64,000 nucleotides of DNA from an uncultured Acidobacteriota bacterium (GTDB taxonomy: Bacteria; Acidobacteriota; Terriglobia; Terriglobales; Acidobacteriaceae), in contig CAWISU010000076.1 in assembly GCA_963838765.1 (NCBI GenBank), positions 514-64,513 of the forward strand, read 5' to 3'. The position numbers and the translations under genes were made by a program. The notes below the pieces were generated by a model. That model saw only the letters and a list, made by a program, of their open reading frames with translations. It was not told the origin of the DNA and ran no database searches. The first letter of the stretch is position 1; each line of letters opens with the position of its first letter. Shown piece after piece: positions 1 to 8,179 of the stretch.

Positions 1-640
1 GCCAGGAAACGACGACCGGTGCTGGATGGTCGATCACCAGCGGACAGGTAGTCAGAATATTTTCGTGCGTAACAATCACGCCCTTGGGCTCCATCGTTGA
101 ACCCGAGGTGTACTGGAGAAACAATATCTCCGAAGAATCGACCGGTAGCCGGTCCGAAATCGTATCCACGAAATCTTCCGTGGCGATCCACGGAAGACCG
201 GAAATGTAATCTACGTCAACGCCCGACGCCGAGACTCCACGTCTGGCGAGATTCGTCTTGAGAGATGCGTGGTAATCTCTGCTGGTTAAGATCCCAGCCG
301 CCTGGCAATCCTTTGCGATGTGGACCGTCTTATATAGGGCGCTCTGGAAGCCACGCGAACTGGGTGGATAGACCGGCACGGGGATCAATCCGGCGCGCAC
401 GCAACCAAAAAATGCGCAGATCATTTCAAGCCCCGGCGGGTAGGCAAGCAGAAGCCGGTCGTCCGCCGCGAAACGATCTTCTTTCAGTAAATGTCCGGCG
501 ATCGCTTGCGTTCGGCGGAGAAACGACGCGTAGGTGTAGCTTTCGATCGGATCGCCGTTTACGTCAAGAAATGAATAAAGGAGTTGATCCGGGTGTTCAT
601 CCACCAGCCTATCCAGGTGGCCCAGAATTGACGCGGTCAT
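1..640 (-). CDS. fatty acyl-AMP ligase / AMP-dependent synthetase, N-terminal part (gene continues off the left edge)
   Basis: Absent from the ORF track because there is no stop in the window. The reverse-strand translation starts at the ATG that is the complement of 638-640: MTASILGHLDRLVDEHPDQLLYSFLDVNGDPIESYTYASF...LAYPPGLEMICAFFGCVRAGLIPVPVYPP...EILFLQYTSGSTMEPKGVIVTHENIL. The AMP-binding P-loop (TSGST-x-x-PKG) and a FAAL-like N-terminal region are present. Confidence 0.8.
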   Translation of the reverse strand, partial: MTASILGHLDRLVDEHPDQLLYSFLDVNGDPIESYTYASFLRRTQAIAGHLLKEDRFAADDRLLLAYPPGLEMICAFFGCVRAGLIPVPVYPPSSRGFQSALYKTVHIAKDCQAAGILTSRDYHASLKTNLARRGVSASGVDVDYISGLPWIATEDFVDTISDRLPVDSSEILFLQYTSGSTMEPKGVIVTHENILTTCPLVIDHPAPVVVSW

Positions 641-975
641 TAATCAGCGATCCTCCAAGGTCAAATAGAACGCAAGTCAGTCTTGCACAGGACGCTAAGC
701 AGACTTGTGGAGCTCCTATACCACATGCAGGAGACCCCATTCACTAAGGTTCATTGGTTGGTATATATTAGCAAACCGCTCGTACAATACCATGCGTAAA
801 TCGCTTCCTGGGATGGGGCACCAGCATCCATACTCGGCTCGTTCTGAATTTTCTTGATTGCCCTTAATGGCTCGCACTAAAATACCGTAGCGAGACTGTC
901 GACAGCGCAGCAACAATTACGCCGCGGGTCAGGACCGTTTGTGCATCTTGTGGAACGCGTCGGGTCCAATTTACC

Positions 976-2130
976 ATGATCGCGGAGGCGCCGGTGACGT
1001 TCCAGCCCGAAGCGGTGATTGCCGATCAGCCGGACATCGCGGATCTTGTACCATCGGAAACCTCAGCATCGCCGATTATCGAATCGGCTGGTGCGTCTTC
1101 ATTCCCGAAAGTCTTGCGTAGCCGCCTGGATAGGTTTTTTGCCGATCAGAGCATTTCTCCCAAGGCGGACCGCGTAATGTGGGTCAAGATCGCTCTGGGT
1201 ATGGCAGTCCTCGGGGGCGCATGGATTGCTCTCTATACGCTCAAGCCCGGCTCATGGAAATTTCTCGCCCTCTACCTTTTAGGCGGCCTCGCGCAGACAT
1301 TCCTTTTGCTGAACATCGCCCATGACAGCAATCACAACGCCATCTCGTCTCGGTCGCACGTCAATAAAATCCTGAACTATGTCTTCGATCTGTGCGGAAT
1401 GAGTTCGTACATGTGGCGTATCCTCCATCATCGGGGACATCACTCCTGCATCAATCTCCACGGTGAAGATGACGCGCTTTCAGGACGCGGTATCTTTCGC
1501 TTTACGCCTTATGAACCCCGGGCGCGATGGCACCGGTTCCAACACATCTACGCGCTGTTCGTCTACGCGATGTTCTCTCTCGACTATGTGTTCTTTAGGG
1601 ACTTCCAGTGCTTTTTCTTTCCGGACCATGAATATCTGAGACGTACTAACCATTCTCTGCGCGAATATGCCATTCTCTTTGCCGGCAAGGGCTTCTACCT
1701 CACTTACATGCTTATCCTGCCGGTGATGGTGCTGGGGAAATCGCCTCTGCTGGTCGCCGGTGCGTTCCTTTTGGTCCATTTGATCGTCGGTTTAAGCGTA
1801 ACGCTCGTATTCCAGTCGACGCACACCGTCGACAGCACCTACTTTCCTTCGGATCGCAGCGAGTTTGAAAACGGCGTGTATCACATCTTCGCGACAACGG
1901 CCGATTACGCAACTGAAAAACCGCTGGTCGGTTGGCTCGTGGGCGGGCTTAACCATCACGTCGTCCACCACCTGTGTCCTTTCGTGTGCCATACCCACTA
2001 TGCTCCGCTGACCAGGATCGTGAAGGAGACTGCCGAAGAGTTTGGGGTTCCCTATCGGCAGAACCCCACTATGACCGGGGCAATCCGGCATCATCTGATA
2101 CTCTTGAAGCAACTGGGGAATGAAAATTGA
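976..2130 (+). CDS. membrane fatty-acid desaturase (three His boxes, no cytochrome b5 fusion)
   Basis: 384-aa ORF with His boxes HDSNH, WRILHHRGHH and GGLNHHVVHHLCP. Several hydrophobic segments are present. It is divergent from the acyl-AMP ligase. Confidence 0.85.
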   Translation: MIAEAPVTFQPEAVIADQPDIADLVPSETSASPIIESAGASSFPKVLRSRLDRFFADQSISPKADRVMWVKIALGMAVLGGAWIALYTLKPGSWKFLALYLLGGLAQTFLLLNIAHDSNHNAISSRSHVNKILNYVFDLCGMSSYMWRILHHRGHHSCINLHGEDDALSGRGIFRFTPYEPRARWHRFQHIYALFVYAMFSLDYVFFRDFQCFFFPDHEYLRRTNHSLREYAILFAGKGFYLTYMLILPVMVLGKSPLLVAGAFLLVHLIVGLSVTLVFQSTHTVDSTYFPSDRSEFENGVYHIFATTADYATEKPLVGWLVGGLNHHVVHHLCPFVCHTHYAPLTRIVKETAEEFGVPYRQNPTMTGAIRHHLILLKQLGNEN

Positions 2131-2228
2131 TTCTGAGCGTTTTATCTTTTGCGTATGGGCCATCCACCGCTTCCTACAAGTGAGATGAAATCTCCTCCGG
2201 TTCGAGGCAAATATCGAGACGGCTGGGT

Positions 2229-3602
2229 ATGAGTTCATCAACGCCTGTCCCCATTGTTTCCCGACTTCGCTGCTTTGCGGATTCTCGCGCCATGGCGCGC
2301 AATCCCGTGCAGGTTTTGTCGAGGTACAACGAAATCTTCGGCAACACATTCCGGATCTATTTGGGTGGTCTCAAGGAAGCGATCATTACCATCGATCCCG
2401 CGGTCATTCAGCACGTATTGAAGACCAATGCGGAGAACTACCAGAAATCCGAAATTCAAGTAAAGCGTATGGGTCACTTCCTGGGGAAAGGTCTTCTGAC
2501 GACCCACGGAGAAGCCTGGCGCACGCAGCGTCGTCTGATCCAGACGGGTTTCGATCGAAAGCAGCTCGATGTGCTGTCCTCAATCATGCGGGACTCCCTC
2601 GCCGACTCGCTGCGGGATTTCGACCGACAGGTGCGTGTTGGCCCTGTCGATGTCTACACCCACCTGATGAAGATTACTTTCGCTATGGTCGCTCGATCGC
2701 TATTTGGCGCACGCTTGAAGGATGGAGACATCGATCTTGTCAGCCATACCATCTGCACCGTCCAGGAATTCATTGTCCGGCAAACTCTTCAGCCGTATCT
2801 AAATCCCTGGTTCGCGGTCTCGGGCGAACTGCGCAAACACGAAGACATGCGAACCTGCGCCGACGCCATTCTGCTCGAATACATCAGGAAGCGCCGCAAC
2901 GAACCGCCCGGCCACGATCTGCTGCAGACTTTGATGGATGCGCGTTACAGCGATGGCAAAGGCATGAGCGATGAGCTCATCCTGAGCGAGAGCATGCAAC
3001 TTCTGGTTGCTGGCCATGAAACATCGTCGAATGGGCTGTCGTGGCTTCTTTATCTTTTGAGTTCGCGTCCAGATTGCCTCGAAAGGGTACGGCAAGAGTT
3101 TGATACCGTGCTCGGCGACGCGCCTCTCGGCTACAGCGACGTTCCAAAATTTGAATTTGCGACCCAGGTAATTATGGAGGCGTTGCGCCTCTACCCGCCG
3201 TTTTGGATGGTCGACCGCATGGCTGTTGCCGACGACCGCGTAGGCGACCTCGCCATACCCCGCGGATCGATGGTCATTGTCTATGTGTACGGTGCCCACC
3301 ATGCTCCGCGCTACTGGCAGAATCCTGAGAACTTCGATACCGAGCGTTTCACCAAAGAAAACGACAAGCAGCGCACACCCTTCACCTTCCTTCCCTTCGG
3401 AGCCGGACCGCGAGGCTGCATCGGTGGAAATTACGCGATGCTGCAGATCCTCATGATTTTGCGCGACCTGCTCAGAACGTACGATTTTCAGTTGGCTCCG
3501 GGGCAAAGGATTGAAGCTCGCCCGATGGTCATCCTGCGGCCGAAACACGGGATCCGCATGACGTTCACCAATACCATCGCTCCCGCCCCGTGTGTCGCAT
3601 AA
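2229..3602 (+). CDS. cytochrome P450 monooxygenase
   Basis: 457-aa ORF with I-helix VAGHETSS, ExxR (EALRLYPP) and the heme-thiolate loop FLPFGAGPRGCIGGNYA. Confidence 0.9.
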   Translation: MSSSTPVPIVSRLRCFADSRAMARNPVQVLSRYNEIFGNTFRIYLGGLKEAIITIDPAVIQHVLKTNAENYQKSEIQVKRMGHFLGKGLLTTHGEAWRTQRRLIQTGFDRKQLDVLSSIMRDSLADSLRDFDRQVRVGPVDVYTHLMKITFAMVARSLFGARLKDGDIDLVSHTICTVQEFIVRQTLQPYLNPWFAVSGELRKHEDMRTCADAILLEYIRKRRNEPPGHDLLQTLMDARYSDGKGMSDELILSESMQLLVAGHETSSNGLSWLLYLLSSRPDCLERVRQEFDTVLGDAPLGYSDVPKFEFATQVIMEALRLYPPFWMVDRMAVADDRVGDLAIPRGSMVIVYVYGAHHAPRYWQNPENFDTERFTKENDKQRTPFTFLPFGAGPRGCIGGNYAMLQILMILRDLLRTYDFQLAPGQRIEARPMVILRPKHGIRMTFTNTIAPAPCVA

Positions 3603-4156
3603 GACGCGATCCCGGGCTGGAACGGAATTGAGTTGTGAAGCGCAAAGCATTGAGATGGCAGTTGTTGAAAAGCCGCTTTCAGTGGGCAAACTTGTAATCA
3701 TGTGCTAATTGAAGGAGTGCATTCGCACCGATAAGTCGGCATATCGGCGTTGACGAGTGGCCAAATCCCGATTGCTCCAAGATGATCGCGCTGAGATTGG
3801 TTACATTGCAGAACAAAAACAGAATCTTGGTCATCGCAGAGAATGCTTGCATGAAGATTACGCGAGTAGCTTGCTGGTTCACCGGTGACCCGGGGTTCGT
3901 GGAATGAGTATGCGGGGTTTGTTGCTCTAGCGGGTTGCTTCTCATCCGAGTACTGGCATAGCGTTAACCGAGAAATCAATAGAGCCGCGCGTGACGATCG
4001 CAATGCGCTCTTAGCATCTTTAATTGGATCGCCGAAGGCTTGCCAACTTCCGCCTGTATAGAACCTCGCGGAAGAAATAGGAAGCGTCTGATAACATTGG
4101 ACTTATGCGACGAACTGGAAGACCTTTAGTTTTCGTGTTAAGGTATTGATTCTAAA

Positions 4157-4241
4157 GCGGAAGTGGTGGAACTGGCAGACACACCATCTTGAGGGGGTGG
4201 CGCCGAAAGGCGTGGGGGTTCAAATCCCCCCTTCCGCACCA
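4157..4241 (+). tRNA. tRNA-Leu (anticodon GAG), CCA encoded
   Basis: Acceptor stem gcggaag/cttccgc. Anticodon stem ccatc/ggtgg with loop ttGAGgg. Long variable arm cgccgaaaggcgt. T-arm ggggg-ttcaaat-ccccc. 3' end ACCA. Confidence 0.9.
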
Positions 4242-4509
4242 GTTTTACAATTCTTATCTATATTGTGCAATTTTGAGTTCTATGTATTCGGGTTTGCTTT
4301 CTGGATCATTGGGATGGTGCATGGAGAGCGAATTTCGTTTCAGGCGATAAGAGGCTGCTAAAGCGCGCGCGCATTTCAACGACTCAACGGCCCGACTGAA
4401 GTCGGCCCCTCGCCAAAATCTGCGGGAATCATAGTTTTTCAGCAGCCTTTAAAAGCCGCGCACGGGAATCCATCCAGCCACTTGCCGGCATAACTGTGGG
4501 CTTGTTCCG

Positions 4510-5151
4510 GTGGGGCGCGGGTGTAGAATAGCTGCCACTTGCGCACACTTAGGGGCTAGTGTCTTGCAATTCCACAAATTCAATGAGGCGTATTTGGAGC
4601 GGCTATGTTCGGGTGACTTCCGGACGGAGAGCCATTTTGTTGCCTACTTCAGTGAGCTGATCCAATTGAAGCTGCGTTCCCGGGTGAATTCTCCTCATAC
4701 GATCGAAGACTTGCGGCAAGAAACCTTTGCCCGAGTGTTCACTGCTTTACGAAGTGAGGGGAGATTACGACAGCCGGAACGGTTAGGAGCTTTTGTGAAT
4801 TCCGTTTGCAATAATGTGTTGCTGGAGCACTATCGGTCGTCTTCTCGAGAGAATCCGATGGAGGAGGAAGACAGCCAGAATGTTCCTGATCCATCGCTGG
4901 ATGTGGTGTCGATTTTGTCGCATAAAGAAATGGAGCAGAAAGTGCGGCAGGTTCTCGATGAATTGTCGGAGAGAGACCGGCGTCTGCTGCGCGAGATATT
5001 CCTAGAAGAACGCGACAAGGACGCGGTGTGTCAGGACTTTGGCGTGGACCGGGACTATCTTCGAGTGCTGCTTCATCGCGCCAAGCAGGCCTTTAAGGCT
5101 GTGTATTTAAAGAACATGGCGGCGGGCATACGGAGTACGGCGGCGGGCTAG
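4510..5151 (+). CDS. ECF-type RNA polymerase sigma factor (start codon uncertain; GTG at 4510 or a downstream TTG)
   Basis: Sigma-2-like region (EDLRQETFARVFTAL) and a sigma-4 HTH (LSERDRRLLREIFLEERDKDAVCQDFGVDRDYLRVLLHRAKQAFK). Confidence 0.8.
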   Translation: MGRGCRIAATCAHLGASVLQFHKFNEAYLERLCSGDFRTESHFVAYFSELIQLKLRSRVNSPHTIEDLRQETFARVFTALRSEGRLRQPERLGAFVNSVCNNVLLEHYRSSSRENPMEEEDSQNVPDPSLDVVSILSHKEMEQKVRQVLDELSERDRRLLREIFLEERDKDAVCQDFGVDRDYLRVLLHRAKQAFKAVYLKNMAAGIRSTAAG

Positions 5152-5202
5152 GACGGTGAAACGATTTGTCTTGTCTTTTCACTATCCATTCGAGGGGGAT
5201 TT

Positions 5203-5886
5203 GTGGTGATGGACCATAGCGAATCAATCCGCCTGATGGCTGCCGAGAAGTACTTGCTCGGCGAGCTTGCGCCGGAGTTACGCGAGCAGTTTGAGGAACA
5301 CTTCTTCGACTGCCAGGAGTGCGCTCTCGATGTTCGAGCGGGAGCTGCGTTAGTCGAACATAGTAAGGTCGTATTGTCGGAGCCGGTTGCGGTTTCGCAG
5401 GCGAGAGTGCCCGTTCTAGTGCCCGCAAAGCCAGGTTGGTTTGGGTGGTTACGTCCCGCGTTGATCGTGCCGGTTCTTGGGGTGCTGCTGGTGGTAGTTG
5501 GGTATCAGAACCTGGTGACCTATCCGCAATTGAAGCAGGCGGCCAACAGCCCGCAGATTCTGCCGTGGGCCTCGGTCAACGTGAGCACAAGGGGGACCAG
5601 TACAATTCAGATCTCGCCCGGCGCTGGGCAGGGCTTCCAACTGCTGGTGAACATCCCCCCGGACAGCCGCTACACCTCTTACACTTTCGACTTGTCTAGC
5701 CCGTCAGGAAGACTAGAATGGTCGCACACGATTCCCGCAGCGGCATCCGACGAGGCGCGGTCGATTTATATTCCAGGGGCGAATCAGGAGCAAGGCATTT
5801 ATAAGCTGGCGGTACGCGGCAATACGGCTACCGGAGAAAGTTCAGACCTCGGCCATTATTCGGTTGAAGTGCAAATTCAGAAGTAG
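5203..5886 (+). CDS. anti-sigma factor, zf-HC2 type, single-pass membrane protein
   Basis: N-terminal HFFDCQECALDV putative zinc-finger motif, followed by a hydrophobic span (LRPALIVPVLGVLLVVVGY) and an extracytoplasmic domain of about 120 aa. It lies 52 nt after the sigma gene. The ATG at 5209 sits about 10 nt after the GAGGGGGA SD and is probably the true start. Confidence 0.7.
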   Translation: MVMDHSESIRLMAAEKYLLGELAPELREQFEEHFFDCQECALDVRAGAALVEHSKVVLSEPVAVSQARVPVLVPAKPGWFGWLRPALIVPVLGVLLVVVGYQNLVTYPQLKQAANSPQILPWASVNVSTRGTSTIQISPGAGQGFQLLVNIPPDSRYTSYTFDLSSPSGRLEWSHTIPAAASDEARSIYIPGANQEQGIYKLAVRGNTATGESSDLGHYSVEVQIQK

Positions 5887-5908
5887 CTCAATCGAGCGGA
5901 GGCAACAA

Positions 5909-6810
5909 ATGGCAACAGCAATGAAACCACCCATGCCGAGAGAAGATGCGGAAAAAGAGCCAACCCACATCTACTACGCCGACGCCTATGTTCTGAAGCG
6001 CAAATTTCGAGGCACCCGTGCATGAGGAGATCAAACCGCGGGCGCAAGTCAGATTGTCCGAGGACGGCCACTACGAATTCAGGCAGGCCGAACCCTTCCG
6101 GCTGGACGGGCTCATCTCGTACCGCTCGGGCTACACCCAGGTCGCGGGACACCGCAGCACCGAAGCCAGGCCACGGCTTCGCCACGCTGGCGACTTCCGT
6201 GCTCGAGGACCTCAATGTTCTCGACGTGCTGACAGCGGATCGAGTGGTTGCGCAGATTTCCACGGAACACCCTGTCTACGATCCCGAGAATGGGCAAACG
6301 GATGGAGTGCCCTCGGTTAGTTTCTTGGGTACGCGTTTCGACAATTTGAGGATTGACGGGCACAAGATTGAATTGGAACGGCACGTCGATATTCTGGGGC
6401 CTAAGCCAGCTGGCGGAAGATCCTATTTTGAAGACCAGGGCGTTCTGAGCCGGATCTCCGAGCAATATGAGAACATAAACGACGCCAAGGATCTTCCCGA
6501 TTGGGCGAGTGAACGATATCGCTGGGATCGCGCCAGCGCTCAAAAACAGCCCGAGTTGAAATGCTCTTTGGTGAATCGCGTCAGTGGTGCTCCGGGAATA
6601 CAATTCGGACACGTGATCGAAGTGCCTCACTTTGGCAAGATATTTCTGGCCGAGCTAAGACTAAAGCGCGAAAAAAACGGTGGACCCGGGCCGGAGAAAT
6701 ACAGCTTTCACTTGACCATGATCCGGATGGAGCTAGGATGTCCGGTGCAGGGCAACGGCAGTGCCGGGAGCGCCGATGCAAATGGCAGTGGGGGCAGCGG
6801 CGGGCACTAG
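5909..6810 (+). pseudogene. conserved-looking protein of unknown function, coding sequence spread over three frames (two +1 breaks)
   Basis: ATG 5909 (frame 2) reads MATAMKPPMPREDAEKEPTHIYYADAYVLK and then stops. Frame 3 continues SANFEAPVHEEIKPRAQVRLSEDGHYEFRQAEPFRLDGLISYRSGYTQVAGHRST. Frame 1 continues PGHGFATLATSVLEDLNVLDVLTADRVVAQISTEHP... to the stop at 6810. Confidence 0.5.
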
Positions 6811-6832
6811 AACTGCAGATGGGGCACATGTA

Positions 6833-7936
6833 TCATGCGATGCGAGAATTTGCCTGGTCTACCGAGTATCTGATCCTCGCATAGGCCAAATTGATGTTGC
6901 GAGTCCACTTTTTTATCGATACGGGGTCCTTGATCTCGCGCGCCAGTGCGAGCGCTCGCTGATAGTAAGAAATTGATGTGAAATAATCGCGGCGGTGCAG
7001 GTAGACGTTGCCAATGTTGGCCAGCACGACCTGGTAATTGTGGATCATCCCGGCCTCGTAGTTTACGCGCTCTGCCTTGCGGAAGAGCTCCATGGCTTTC
7101 TCGTCGTCTCCGAAACCCAGGTAGCAGACTGCGAGTTCACCCCATACCATCGCAATCCGTAATGGCGCGCCAGCATTTTCAAAAATTCCGAGCGACTGCT
7201 CCAGCCAAGGCATTGCTTCCTCATAGTGTTCCTGGATCATTAGGTTTTTACCGATACCCCAAAGGGCACTGCCGCGCAAACGCCAGCCGTCGACGAATTC
7301 CGTGAGTTTCAGGGCCGAGCGGAACAATCCGTCAGACGAAACATAGTCTTTCTGAAGAAAGAAGATGAAGGCTCGGGAAAGATGAACGTCGCCAAGAAGC
7401 CTTAGCAAATTCGCATCGTGGGCAATGATTTCTGCTTCAGCAAGCAAACGGTGCGAAGGCTCATACCGGCCTAGAGAACCCAAGTACGAGCCACGGTGCA
7501 TTCTGAGTGCAGCTTTCGACTCAATGTCGTGGTCAGCCGGCGGTACCAGAGACTCCAGGTATTTCAAAGCGTCCTCGACATGGCCGTGGGCGTTTAGAAC
7601 ATCGGCTCGAATGAAACGAAATCGCCAAAGTTCAGTTGAATTGTCTTTGTCTCCGAGCCGTTGAATTTCTGCCTCTGCGATCTTGTTCGCCGCATCCAAA
7701 TCGCCGAGGCGTTGCAGGTCGGGTGCTTTGCTCGTGGGCGGACTGTGCCATGGCGTCTCCCGGAACAGATCAAATAACCAAAATCGGTTGTCATTCCGAA
7801 CTGTTTCAGCCCGTGAGTTAGTTGACCCGAGACAGCTCCGAGGAGGCGCATGCTCATTGGCCTTCGACTTCTCGGAATGACAACCGAGAGGCGTTGCAGC
7901 CAGACTAGCGACCGTCGCTGCCCGTCCCGTCCGCAT
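6833..7936 (-). CDS. TPR-repeat protein
   Basis: 367-aa ORF with repeated 34-aa TPR-like units (..YEEAMPWLEQSLGIFENAG.., ..DDEKAMELFRKAERVNYEAG.., ..YFTSISYYQRALALAREIKD..). The N-terminal 60 aa are doubtful; see the 7905-8099 fragment. Confidence 0.7.
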   Translation of the reverse strand: MRTGRAATVASLAATPLGCHSEKSKANEHAPPRSCLGSTNSRAETVRNDNRFWLFDLFRETPWHSPPTSKAPDLQRLGDLDAANKIAEAEIQRLGDKDNSTELWRFRFIRADVLNAHGHVEDALKYLESLVPPADHDIESKAALRMHRGSYLGSLGRYEPSHRLLAEAEIIAHDANLLRLLGDVHLSRAFIFFLQKDYVSSDGLFRSALKLTEFVDGWRLRGSALWGIGKNLMIQEHYEEAMPWLEQSLGIFENAGAPLRIAMVWGELAVCYLGFGDDEKAMELFRKAERVNYEAGMIHNYQVVLANIGNVYLHRRDYFTSISYYQRALALAREIKDPVSIKKWTRNINLAYARIRYSVDQANSRIA

Positions 7937-8099
7937 CTGGCGGGTGGAAGGGTCCGGGTTGTGGGTTGTCGGCAGTAGCTACATGCCGATTGCCTGCGCC
8001 GCCCAGTTCCGCTGATGGCACAGTCTTTGCGCTGCTCTGGTAACCGAGCAGCAACAATACGGGGGTGAAATAACCAAACATGCGTCGTGCACTAAACAT
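7905..8099 (-). CDS. signal-peptide-bearing 64-aa ORF, probably the true N-terminus of the TPR protein separated by a +1 frame break
   Basis: A strong SD (AAGGAGG) lies 8 nt before the ATG. The ORF begins MFSARRMFGYFTPVLLLLGYQSSA, a signal-peptide-like sequence. It overlaps the TPR ORF by 32 nt in the frame offset by one. Confidence 0.45.
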   Translation of the reverse strand: MFSARRMFGYFTPVLLLLGYQSSAKTVPSAELGGAGNRHVATADNPQPGPFHPPDADGTGSDGR

Positions 8100-8179
8100 A
8101 CTTTGGCCTCCTTGGGGGAGGGATTATACAGAAACTTTTCCGATTTTCAAGTTAAAATCTAGCGGCGAATGAATCCCCC

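Noticed and set aside
265-747. 160-aa plus-strand ORF
   Set aside because: It is antisense to the acyl-AMP ligase N-terminus, which carries the AMP-binding P-loop. Its translation is Arg/Pro-rich.
2799-3701. 300-aa minus-strand ORF
   Set aside because: It is antisense to the cytochrome P450 gene, whose heme loop and ExxR motifs establish the plus strand as coding.
3679-4003. Two overlapping minus-strand ORFs (88 and 101 aa) between the P450 gene and tRNA-Leu
   Set aside because: They are mutually exclusive frames with no RBS or motifs, in an AT-richer spacer that is more likely non-coding or a decayed remnant.
4146-4361. 71-aa ORF overlapping tRNA-Leu, and similarly ORF 14825-15097 overlapping tRNA-Arg
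   Set aside because: Both are translations through tRNA genes. The tRNA cloverleaves fully explain these regions.
5909-6810. The idea that the 300-aa unknown protein next to a CHAT protease is a bacterial gasdermin-like pore-former
   Set aside because: Size and neighbourhood are compatible, but I recognise no gasdermin sequence features. In particular there is no N-terminal Cys near the start, and the CHAT protein appears to be exported while this protein has no signal peptide. I kept it only as a structure-prediction check, not as a claim.
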